IMG/VR virus record: IMGVR_UViG_3300020172_006270
Span: 1 to 64,000 of that record
Reading direction: 5' to 3' (one strand)
DNA: 64,000 bases
Both the position numbers and the translations under genes were made by a program. The notes beneath the pieces are model-generated. The model was not told the origin of the DNA. It was given only the letters and a program-made list of their open reading frames with translations, and searched no databases. Of the stretch, positions 56,380 through 64,000 are shown one piece after another (the stretch's first letter is position 1; every line of letters starts with the position of its first letter).

Positions 56380-56449
56380 TTGTTTCTCCAAATTGTTCTG
56401 GCTGTGTTGGTAAGAGAGTAACGATTTCAATATATACCACGGAGGGAAT

Positions 56450-57037
56450 ATGCCTTTAGTACAGTGGATCATGCAGAATCTTTCGACTCCCAATGCCCAA
56501 GGCGGGGCAGTGGGTGGCGGTACTGCGCTCGTACAGCAAACCTCTTTTGTAATTGCCACAGGTGGCGCAAACGCAAGTGGCACATCCTTCTATGAAAAAA
56601 TATCCAGCATCATAGCCACAGGTGGTGCTGTTGCTGGTGGCGAAGCATATGTCAATGAGCAAGCAGCCAACATCAAAAAGGTTCGCCATCTACCCGGAGA
56701 CACGGTTTACGACAAGTGCAATAAGAGTTGGGTTGTCATTAGTTTTGAGTTTGCATCTTCTGGCGAACAGAAACTTCGTTTGTCCAACAATGTAAAACAA
56801 AAAGTTTTGTTTGAAAGTGAAATATCTAATCAACCAATTTATGTAATGGGCGAGGGGTTTAGAGATTGTTCTCTGGCTAATTTGCCAATATTTGTGGGCC
56901 GGAGGATAGTCAAATTTGGAAGTTTAGACCCCATTGAAGGACAGGCAGCAATAGCCAACTCCAAGATTATTGCACTAAAGGCACAGTCCTTGGCTAATTT
57001 GCCAGTTTACTCAGGAAGAAGGAAGGTTAAAGTATGA
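56450..57037 (+). CDS. Hypothetical (virion-like) protein
   Basis: GGAGG RBS; ATGGA repeats. Confidence 0.6.
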   Translation: MPLVQWIMQNLSTPNAQGGAVGGGTALVQQTSFVIATGGANASGTSFYEKISSIIATGGAVAGGEAYVNEQAANIKKVRHLPGDTVYDKCNKSWVVISFEFASSGEQKLRLSNNVKQKVLFESEISNQPIYVMGEGFRDCSLANLPIFVGRRIVKFGSLDPIEGQAAIANSKIIALKAQSLANLPVYSGRRKVKV

Positions 57038-57366
57038 CTTTATATTACACTGGCAGTGGAGGAGCAACGACGGGCGGCTGCGCTTTAACTTCTCGATATG
57101 TCTACATTGAATACAAATGGGGTGAAAACTCTGTATTGTATATCAAACACAAAGCAGTCAAAGGCATCTTGGAAAGAATAGCAATAAAACGAGTTATACT
57201 TAACAGTGGGCCAAAAACTGGCAATCAAATTGTTCCAATTTATCAAGACACACTCAATAGTCTATGGAACGAAGATGATCTGATTATTGAATCAGAGGCT
57301 AGAGATTTAGCCTTAGCTTATTGGGAAGCTCGTGAGGCTCAGATCGCTGCCGCTCAATGCAAATAA
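57034..57366 (+). CDS. Hypothetical protein
   Basis: ATGA-coupled; shares the GGAxxGG motif with the upstream gene. Confidence 0.6.
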   Translation: MTLYYTGSGGATTGGCALTSRYVYIEYKWGENSVLYIKHKAVKGILERIAIKRVILNSGPKTGNQIVPIYQDTLNSLWNEDDLIIESEARDLALAYWEAREAQIAAAQCK

Positions 57367-57396
57367 AAATAGCCAGGGTTTAATCCCTGGCTATTT
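57367..57396. terminator. Bidirectional terminator between convergent genes
   Basis: AAATAGCCAGGG/CCCTGGCTATTT perfect 12-bp stem. Confidence 0.85.
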
Positions 57397-57414
57397 CGTG
57401 TTTCGCCTTCAGAG

Positions 57415-58284
57415 TTATGCAACTTTGGACTTCAATTCCTTGAAGATTTCCGCAAGCGGCTTAATTTCCGCAGGGCCACTATCTTGGCGGGAACGCTCGT
57501 ATCCTGAGATAGAGTGTTTGATGGCGAGGGATCGGAACTGCTGCTCATTATTTAGGATGAGTAGATACCTCATAATGAGCGAGTCAGTAGGTGGGAAGCT
57601 GCCCTGAAGGACGACGCACAAGCGATCAACCAAGTTCCCTTGGTCGAACACATGGGTTATACCATGTCCCGTGAAGATTTGGTAGACGAGTCCGCTACGT
57701 CCCTTCACTGAGATAAACCCATGCTTGATGAAGTTGATATACTTCTGGTCCCCAATGACCCTTCGCAGCGTTTCCCTTGCCCGCTGCTCTCGAATATCCG
57801 CAGGGATCGGCAATGGTTGCCGCTTCGTATTTTGCCGAATAGCAATATTCGGCGCACATCGCCCCTGGATGATTTGAGAGAACCTATCTTTGAGTCGCTT
57901 CTCTTCGTAAGCCTTCTTCTCTTCAGCCGACATGGGCTTGGCTGCAACACCTTGCCATTCATATTCGACCGAACACTCGTCATCGCCCCACATGCCCCAT
58001 TGGATAGTGCAAGCCGTGGAAGCCGCAGAGCCAACACGCCAGACGTTCCCGGTGGAAGGCCAGCCGCAATTCGTGCTTTCGTCAATGATCTTGTATGACG
58101 TTGACGCATATGCTGCGCCTGCTCTATAAGCCTTCACTTTGATGCGAGGAATAGCTGTCGTAGCGGTGCCGTATTGGACCCATGTGCTACCCAAGGAGGT
58201 AGTAGCAGGTGATTCATACGTCACTTCGCAACTACCAACCGTGTATTTGTCGCTGCCGATTATCATATAGCCTCCTGGAGCCAT
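57415..58284 (-). CDS. Hypothetical protein; partner of the Gly-Gly-terminated protein
   Basis: C-terminal domain GFISVKGRSGLVYQI...LCV...PPTD. Confidence 0.7.
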   Translation of the reverse strand: MAPGGYMIIGSDKYTVGSCEVTYESPATTSLGSTWVQYGTATTAIPRIKVKAYRAGAAYASTSYKIIDESTNCGWPSTGNVWRVGSAASTACTIQWGMWGDDECSVEYEWQGVAAKPMSAEEKKAYEEKRLKDRFSQIIQGRCAPNIAIRQNTKRQPLPIPADIREQRARETLRRVIGDQKYINFIKHGFISVKGRSGLVYQIFTGHGITHVFDQGNLVDRLCVVLQGSFPPTDSLIMRYLLILNNEQQFRSLAIKHSISGYERSRQDSGPAEIKPLAEIFKELKSKVA

Positions 58285-58286
58285 GT

Positions 58287-58661
58287 TTAACCCCCTGCGA
58301 CCATTGCTACGGGGAGGAAGATGATTTCCTCAGCGTATGGATCGAACTCAGCCATGACTTCAGATGAAGCCCGGCCATTTACGCCCACACAATACGGAAC
58401 GAGTCCTTGAACGACCAGTTCATCGAACATTGCTTTTGCTTCGCTGATTTGAGCGAAGTCACGGCTATCCCACACCACTCGCTTGTCGCCATCCTTCGGC
58501 GTCATGATGCGGAAGCAACCGAATCCTTCGGGAGCCTTCTGAGCCGGATCGTCCATGATTCCCAGGTTGTCGGGAATTCTGAGCTTGGCCGATAAGTTGC
58601 CGGGGGTTTTTCCAACCCTCAACATTGCAACGTCAATCTCACGTTCTGCCGTAGCAGGCAT
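58287..58661 (-). CDS. Small protein with C-terminal Gly-Gly
   Basis: Ends FDPYAEEIIFLPVAMVAGG-stop; AAGGAG RBS. Confidence 0.75.
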   Translation of the reverse strand: MPATAEREIDVAMLRVGKTPGNLSAKLRIPDNLGIMDDPAQKAPEGFGCFRIMTPKDGDKRVVWDSRDFAQISEAKAMFDELVVQGLVPYCVGVNGRASSEVMAEFDPYAEEIIFLPVAMVAGG

Positions 58662-58672
58662 GATTGTCTCCT

Positions 58673-58954
58673 TTATTTGTAACGAATGACTCGAAATGAG
58701 TGCTTTGGAAAATCCTCTGCACCGCCTTCACCTTCGGTCAACATTAGACCGATATATTCTTTGTGATCTTCTGCCTTTGCGTCACCGAAGGTTCCATCGG
58801 CCACTAAAGTATTGGCGGCATCTTGGATGATCCTGACAGCATCAGGAACTTCCATTTCTTTTCCATCGAGTCCTCTCGCTACGAGAAGCACGATTTCTGG
58901 CAATGCAATGCTCGCACCAGCACGACCAGGATGGGGATCATAGAAAGTCTTCAT
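58673..58954 (-). CDS. Hypothetical protein
   Basis: Coupled ORF. Confidence 0.6.
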   Translation of the reverse strand: MKTFYDPHPGRAGASIALPEIVLLVARGLDGKEMEVPDAVRIIQDAANTLVADGTFGDAKAEDHKEYIGLMLTEGEGGAEDFPKHSFRVIRYK

Positions 58955-59328
58955 CCAATGTTACCTCCATACAACTCGAACCAGCGTTCCTTAATCATCG
59001 CATCGGCGATTGGACTGCGTGCATTGAGGTCTTCTTCTTTCTCAATCTTCACGCCATCTCGTCGCCCGCCCCAGCCCGTAGCTGATTTCATCTTGGCCGT
59101 CAGTGGTTCTTTGCTGTAGGCCGACAAAGGTGGGCAGATTTCTTCTTTGGCACCGTTCTCGCTACGGCCATTTTCGTAAATCACACCATCCTTGATGAAG
59201 CGATGGTGTTTATGTTTACATTTAGGGCAGACGATTTCCACGCCGATGGTGAGAGCCATATTCAGTCTTACTCGAAAATAGCCCGAACACTCACCGCAGT
59301 AAAACTCCTGCCATACTTTGTTATCCAT
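58951..59328 (-). CDS. Zinc-ribbon protein
   Basis: CGEC...CPKC. Confidence 0.65.
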   Translation of the reverse strand: MDNKVWQEFYCGECSGYFRVRLNMALTIGVEIVCPKCKHKHHRFIKDGVIYENGRSENGAKEEICPPLSAYSKEPLTAKMKSATGWGGRRDGVKIEKEEDLNARSPIADAMIKERWFELYGGNIG

Positions 59329-60719
59329 TAGTCCCTCGGCCTCAATAGGGGGAATGCAATTACGTCTCGAATGGTAGCCTGATTGGTCAGGATAGCCACA
59401 AGACGGTCGATGCCAAGTCCAAGACCGCCAGCCGGAGGCATACCTGTCTTGATGGCATCTACGAAGTCTTGATCCATAACGTGACCGTCCTTGGCTTGCT
59501 TTTGGAAATTCTCCAATTGAATATCCGGGTCGTTCAACTCGGTATATCCTGGCGCAATTTCCATGCCGCCAATGACCAGTTCAAATGTCTCTGCGTATCC
59601 TTGGTTTCCATCATACTTGCCGAATGGTCGTGCCAATGGCACTGCACTAGCAGGCATGTGCATAACGAAGGTTGGCTGAATCAGCGTTGATTCAATCGTG
59701 TCTTCGTATACCTGGAAGCGATATTCGGGCGAGCCGTCTCCGACCACCAGTTCTTGCAAGGATACTCGCTTGAATGGTGGAGTGAAGTTTAGCAGATGTT
59801 CCTTGTAGGGAATATCCATAAGGCGACCGTGAATCTTTTCCACTTGGTTGACGATAAGAGCCTCAACCAGCTTCATCATCGTCTCGTAGTTGCCAAAGGC
59901 TTGGTAAGCCTCCATAGACGTGAATTCAGGGTTGTGGCGAGGGCTGATGCCTTCATTGCGGAAGTTCTTGCCGATCTCGAAGACCTTGTTCATGCCGCCA
60001 ATGAGCAACTTCTTCAGATATAGCTCAGGGGCAATACGAAGGAACATGCCAATGTCGAGGGCATTGTGGTGCGTCATGAATGGCTTGGCGATAGCACCAC
60101 CAGCCGACGCTTGCAGAATCGGAGTTTCGACTTCATCAAAGCCACGATCATACATCATCGTGCGAATATCACGAATGATATTGGCTCGCTGCCGAAACAC
60201 CTTCATGGTGTCCGGGTTGGTCCACATATCAACGTGGCGAAGACGATACTTGAGTTCCGGGTCATTTAGCCCGTGAACCTTGTCTGGTGGTGGCGTGAGA
60301 GCCTTAGATACAATACGAAACGTATCGGCCCAAATAGTGATCTCGCCACGCTGAGTAGCGGCCAGACGACCCCGGACAGCGACAATATCGCCCAGGTCCA
60401 ATGCTTCGTATTGTGGCCAATCCCATCGTTGAGCTACAGGACCAGCAAACTTAGACTGGTCGATGGCAACTTGGATTTGCCCATCCTCACTTGTGATGGT
60501 GAGGAAGGACAACTTTCCATGACCCCGCTTGAGCGCACACCGACCAACAATAACAAACTCCGGGCCGTCTTCCTTGGTGAAAGAGGCATCAAAGCTGTCA
60601 CGAACAATATCAATGTTCGTTGGTGCTGGATCAATAATGGACATATCGAAAGGCCGGTGTCCCTTGGCCTTTAGATCGTCTAACTTGGCTCGGCGTTCAT
60701 CAACAGGGTTGTTGCTCAT
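59328..60719 (-). CDS. lysS: Lysyl-tRNA synthetase (class II)
   Basis: OB fold, EVETPIL, LRIAPELYLK, FRNEG, HNPEFT, GMPPAGGLGLGIDRL. Confidence 0.97.
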   Translation of the reverse strand: MSNNPVDERRAKLDDLKAKGHRPFDMSIIDPAPTNIDIVRDSFDASFTKEDGPEFVIVGRCALKRGHGKLSFLTITSEDGQIQVAIDQSKFAGPVAQRWDWPQYEALDLGDIVAVRGRLAATQRGEITIWADTFRIVSKALTPPPDKVHGLNDPELKYRLRHVDMWTNPDTMKVFRQRANIIRDIRTMMYDRGFDEVETPILQASAGGAIAKPFMTHHNALDIGMFLRIAPELYLKKLLIGGMNKVFEIGKNFRNEGISPRHNPEFTSMEAYQAFGNYETMMKLVEALIVNQVEKIHGRLMDIPYKEHLLNFTPPFKRVSLQELVVGDGSPEYRFQVYEDTIESTLIQPTFVMHMPASAVPLARPFGKYDGNQGYAETFELVIGGMEIAPGYTELNDPDIQLENFQKQAKDGHVMDQDFVDAIKTGMPPAGGLGLGIDRLVAILTNQATIRDVIAFPLLRPRD

Positions 60720-60721
60720 GA

Positions 60722-61213
60722 TTATCTCTTGCCAGTGACGGCATTCATATCGTTGAAACGAGGCCCGATTTCAATCGGAGCCAGTTCAATGGCGACCTCG
60801 AATAGACCGCCATGAACGTAAGGGCGTAAATACGCCACGCACTTGTTTTCTGCATCGACAAAGGTGAACGGATTCAGGGAACGCAGGTGTCGCATGATGA
60901 CGAACCATTCGGCGACAGGCACAGCAGCCTTGAGTGGCTGTGGTGCATCCACATGCAAATGGACTTGTCCATTATTCATGTGTTGTCGAATGGCCTGGGT
61001 CTGCATAGGAACACCAGTTCCCTGCAAATTAAGCGGTGGTGGCGGCACTACGTTCGTCGGTGGTTGAACATAGTCCGGCGCAAGGATGGTTCCTGGCGAG
61101 CCGCCCATGCTAGGACTTGCAGCCCCGGCATCTTTTTTCTTTTTGCCCTTATCGGACTCAAGAACGGATTCGTTGATCCCGCCCATTTTCTTTCTCCTGT
61201 TAAAAGGCCACAT
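60722..61213 (-). CDS. Hypothetical protein
   Basis: Operonic ORF. Confidence 0.65.
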   Translation of the reverse strand: MWPFNRRKKMGGINESVLESDKGKKKKDAGAASPSMGGSPGTILAPDYVQPPTNVVPPPPLNLQGTGVPMQTQAIRQHMNNGQVHLHVDAPQPLKAAVPVAEWFVIMRHLRSLNPFTFVDAENKCVAYLRPYVHGGLFEVAIELAPIEIGPRFNDMNAVTGKR

Positions 61214-61215
61214 TG

Positions 61216-61590
61216 TTATTCCTGATATTCAGGCCACTCTATTTCGCCTTCGGTAGCAGCACGAAGTTTATCCATGTCCATATATCCGTCGAAACAAAGG
61301 GGTTCGCCCTCGGAATATGCTCGGATGTTTTTGAATGTTTCAGCCATCTGAGCGATACGTTCCTCGCTCACTCCGGCTTTTCGCATTTTGTCAATTTCTT
61401 CTTCGTCATTTTGATCTACACCAATTTGCTTAGTGAAGACAATATCACGCTCGCCGTTCTCGTGGGTTATTTCGACTCTAAGTCGTCCCCAACGATAACG
61501 TGCGTATATTTCTTCACCCTGTTCGGTCTTGCCTTCAACTTGGAAAGGGCAGGCACCGCCAGCATGTAGGATTTCTTTCACCACAATCAT
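61216..61590 (-). CDS. Hypothetical phage protein
   Basis: ACPFQVEG...YARYRWGRL motif. Confidence 0.7.
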   Translation of the reverse strand: MIVVKEILHAGGACPFQVEGKTEQGEEIYARYRWGRLRVEITHENGERDIVFTKQIGVDQNDEEEIDKMRKAGVSEERIAQMAETFKNIRAYSEGEPLCFDGYMDMDKLRAATEGEIEWPEYQE

Positions 61591-61616
61591 GACAAGCCGC
61601 CTTTCTTGAGGTTCGT

Positions 61617-61645
61617 ATTGTACAGCAAATAAAAAGAAGCGTCAA
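61617..61645 (-). promoter_or_regulatory. Sigma70-like promoter TTGACG-N17-TACAAT
   Basis: Near-consensus; 17-nt spacer. Confidence 0.7.
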
Positions 61646-62559
61646 GACTCGTCGTCACGGATGATCTCTTTGTCATCCAGTGGGATGCTGTCAGGATCAC
61701 AGCCGAAAAAGCGTGCCACGTCCGGGTGCATCAGAACCTTCATTTTTGGTTCGTCTTCCTCGGATGCGTTGTCTGGCGTTTCTTCTTTCATATCGGTGAA
61801 GACTTGCTCGATAGGGATCATTGGCACTTGGCCGCTTTTAATCTGATCCATCGTTTCGTTCATCTGTTCGATGAAATTGGCGTTGTCCTCTGGACCGCCC
61901 ATGAAGGAAATATCCCAATAGATGGCGTCGAGGACTTCCAACAAGGTATATTCACGAGTGGCCGTCAACAGCTTCTCTGGACGTTTCTTGGGGTTGTTGG
62001 TATCGAATGGTTCGTAAACGTCAAAGGTCTTATTGAGTCTGACGGGCAGATCGGCCAACTTCCACATAGGGCTGTAGGATACAGAATAGTTGATATTTCC
62101 ATCTGGTCGTGCGGCACTCTTCATGTCCTCTTTTGCAGGACCGATGCCGTGGAAGCCAACTGAAGTATCGAAGTCAACAGTGATGGTACGCTCACGCATA
62201 CCGCCAGGGTGTTTCTTCTTCTCGGTCAACTTGTGAACTTCTGGATGATGATAGAGTTCCAGATATTCAAGAGGATCGGTATCGTCAGGATCGAATCGTT
62301 GTGGCTCTTGAGCCTGTGCGTGAAACTCATCCAGTTGACGGCACCATGAATATTGGGAAATCACCAACTTCAATAGTTTGTATTTGTCCACCGCCTCGAA
62401 GATTTGTTTCAGGGTGGTCCCTTCAGCAATCTCGCAGCGGGAGCGAAGATGGGTAATGATGCTCAGTTTTTTGGGACGCTTGCGAAGAAACATACGCTTC
62501 TTGCCGTTCCACTTGTGAAGCACGAGTCCATTGGGAGTGAACTCAATATGCTCTGACAT
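61642..62559 (-). CDS. Hypothetical protein
   Basis: Long ORF; YTLLEVLDAIYWDISFMG. Confidence 0.75.
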   Translation of the reverse strand: MSEHIEFTPNGLVLHKWNGKKRMFLRKRPKKLSIITHLRSRCEIAEGTTLKQIFEAVDKYKLLKLVISQYSWCRQLDEFHAQAQEPQRFDPDDTDPLEYLELYHHPEVHKLTEKKKHPGGMRERTITVDFDTSVGFHGIGPAKEDMKSAARPDGNINYSVSYSPMWKLADLPVRLNKTFDVYEPFDTNNPKKRPEKLLTATREYTLLEVLDAIYWDISFMGGPEDNANFIEQMNETMDQIKSGQVPMIPIEQVFTDMKEETPDNASEEDEPKMKVLMHPDVARFFGCDPDSIPLDDKEIIRDDES

Positions 62560-62561
62560 GA

Positions 62562-62843
62562 TTAGTCTCTTTCTATGAGTCGGGAACGGGTGCTGACAAC
62601 GCCAGCTTTGTATTCTTCGGAAACCAACTCTGCGACGTTGATGTATCCTTCGCTTTCTAAGAAAGCGTTCAAGCCCCTAACGATTGAGTCGGGGCTTGAA
62701 TTTTTGGACGTAGCACTAAAGGTGCGTAGGTCCGCTCGGAAATCGTCGTCATGCTTGAACCGATGAATCCAATACTGTGCAGTTCCATCTACTTCCAACA
62801 AGTATATTCGGAAGGGTAAACTTTGAATAATGTCGTGCCTCAT
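62562..62843 (-). CDS. Hypothetical protein
   Basis: Operonic ORF. Confidence 0.55.
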   Translation of the reverse strand: MRHDIIQSLPFRIYLLEVDGTAQYWIHRFKHDDDFRADLRTFSATSKNSSPDSIVRGLNAFLESEGYINVAELVSEEYKAGVVSTRSRLIERD

Positions 62844-62871
62844 ACAACATTATGTACTGTTTGCCCACGGC

Positions 62872-63999
62872 TTACTCGTTTGTCATCATGCCCATCTTGG
62901 GGAGGAATACTTCCAAAGGCAAGGTTTCCTGATCGCCCGAAGTTGATCTCATTTGCTTGAGAGTCACAGTCCTTGCGGTCTTTTCTTTTTCTCCCAAGAT
63001 GACCATATACGGTACTTTTTTCTCATACCCGATGGCAATCTTTTGTTGTAGCGTCCGATTCGAGTGATCGCATTCACACCGAATCCCTTGAGCGAGCAAG
63101 GCTTCTTTGACTTCGTTGGCGTAATCAGCAACCTTGTCGCTGATTGGTGCAATAGTAACACCGACCGGAGCCAACCACATTGGTAAATTCCCATCAGTGT
63201 GTTCTAACAGCACACCGATGAAACGCTCGAAGCTGCCATATATCGCTCGGTGAATAACAATCGGAGTTTGTTCTTTGTCTTCCTTGTCGGTGTAAGTGCA
63301 ACCGAATCGCTGCGGCAATTGGAAGTCTAACTGGATAGTAGCAGTTTGCCATTCACGACCCAGGGAGTCAGTTACAATGAAGTCGATTTTCGGTCCATAA
63401 AAAGCACCGTCTTTATGAGCCACGTCAAACTTCAAATTATTTTCACACAAGGCGTCTTCAAGGCTTGCTTCAGCATTATCCCAAGTCAATATATCGCCCA
63501 TGAAGTTATCGGGACGAGTGCTGAGTACGGATCGGAACTTCATTCCGAACCAGCCGTATACTCTGCCGATCATAATGAGAATTCGCTTGATCTCGCTTTG
63601 CAGGTTGTCCGGCGAAACGAAAATATGGGCATCATCTTGGCAGAACGCACGACAACGAGTAAGTCCACCCAAGGCACCGGAAACCTCGTTTCGATGCAAT
63701 GGGCCATACTCGGCGAACCGCACGGGCAAATCTCGATAGCTCCACTGCTTTGAGCGGAATATCTCCATATGCCCAGGGCAGTTCATTGGCTTCAAACAAC
63801 AATCTTCATGTTCTTCGTCTTGCTTCTCGCCAGTTGGCTTATCGCTGACGAAGAACATATTTTTCGCATAGTGGTCCAGATGCCCGCTGGTTGCATAAAG
63901 TTCGGACTTCCAGACGAGTGGGGTCCGAACTTCTTGGCAACCATTGGCTTCATTGAGTTGGCGAATGCGATTCAGCAATGATTGATAAAGGACAACTCC
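62872..63999 (-). CDS. thrS: Threonyl-tRNA synthetase, 5'-partial (runs off the window)
   Basis: SGHLDHY, KPMNCPGH, HRNE, QDDAHIF, GAFYGPKID, HRAIYGSFERF; frame is open to the window end. Confidence 0.97.
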   Translation of the reverse strand, partial: GVVLYQSLLNRIRQLNEANGCQEVRTPLVWKSELYATSGHLDHYAKNMFFVSDKPTGEKQDEEHEDCCLKPMNCPGHMEIFRSKQWSYRDLPVRFAEYGPLHRNEVSGALGGLTRCRAFCQDDAHIFVSPDNLQSEIKRILIMIGRVYGWFGMKFRSVLSTRPDNFMGDILTWDNAEASLEDALCENNLKFDVAHKDGAFYGPKIDFIVTDSLGREWQTATIQLDFQLPQRFGCTYTDKEDKEQTPIVIHRAIYGSFERFIGVLLEHTDGNLPMWLAPVGVTIAPISDKVADYANEVKEALLAQGIRCECDHSNRTLQQKIAIGYEKKVPYMVILGEKEKTARTVTLKQMRSTSGDQETLPLEVFLPKMGMMTNE

Positions 64000-64000
64000 C

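Noticed and set aside
56380-56583. N-terminal extension of the FkbM ORF
   Set aside because: Overlaps the divergent gene; a better RBS and start exist at 56379.
1-64000. Alternative genetic code (stop-codon reassignment)
   Set aside because: Conserved genes are full length in code 11, and TAA, TAG and TGA all end genes at sensible positions.

Overview
Gene-dense 64-kb segment of a large T4-superfamily-like (jumbo/huge) bacteriophage genome, read in the standard genetic code. The phage assignment is inferred from gp41/DnaB-like helicase, UvsY-like, UvsW-like, gp55-like region-2-only sigma factor, dCMP deaminase, PNKP/RNA ligase, a gp23 major-capsid fragment, collagen and Thr-rich fibre proteins, and no housekeeping operons. 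About 20 glycan-synthesis or modification genes are present (GT2/4/8/9/32, cytidylyltransferase, deacetylase, FkbM, radical SAM). There is a replication block with a divergent PolA, several auxiliary genes (PduO, amine oxidase, amidinotransferase, YccA/BI-1) and two aminoacyl-tRNA synthetases (LysRS, partial ThrRS). The most striking unexplained signals are: (i) a ~540-nt promoter-delimited, heavily base-paired candidate ncRNA directly upstream of polA; (ii) a second ~210-nt pseudoknotted candidate ncRNA with its own terminator; (iii) a stand-alone mini-protein made of a major-capsid segment; (iv) a small protein ending in Gly-Gly next to a Cys-containing partner; (v) shared N-terminal (F-x-x-W-L-x-x-E) and C-terminal (basic-hydrophobic-Leu) peptide tags on unrelated proteins; and (vi) TANATA late-type promoters that appear to give leaderless mRNAs. 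All calls come from manual motif reading; no database searches or folding programs were run.
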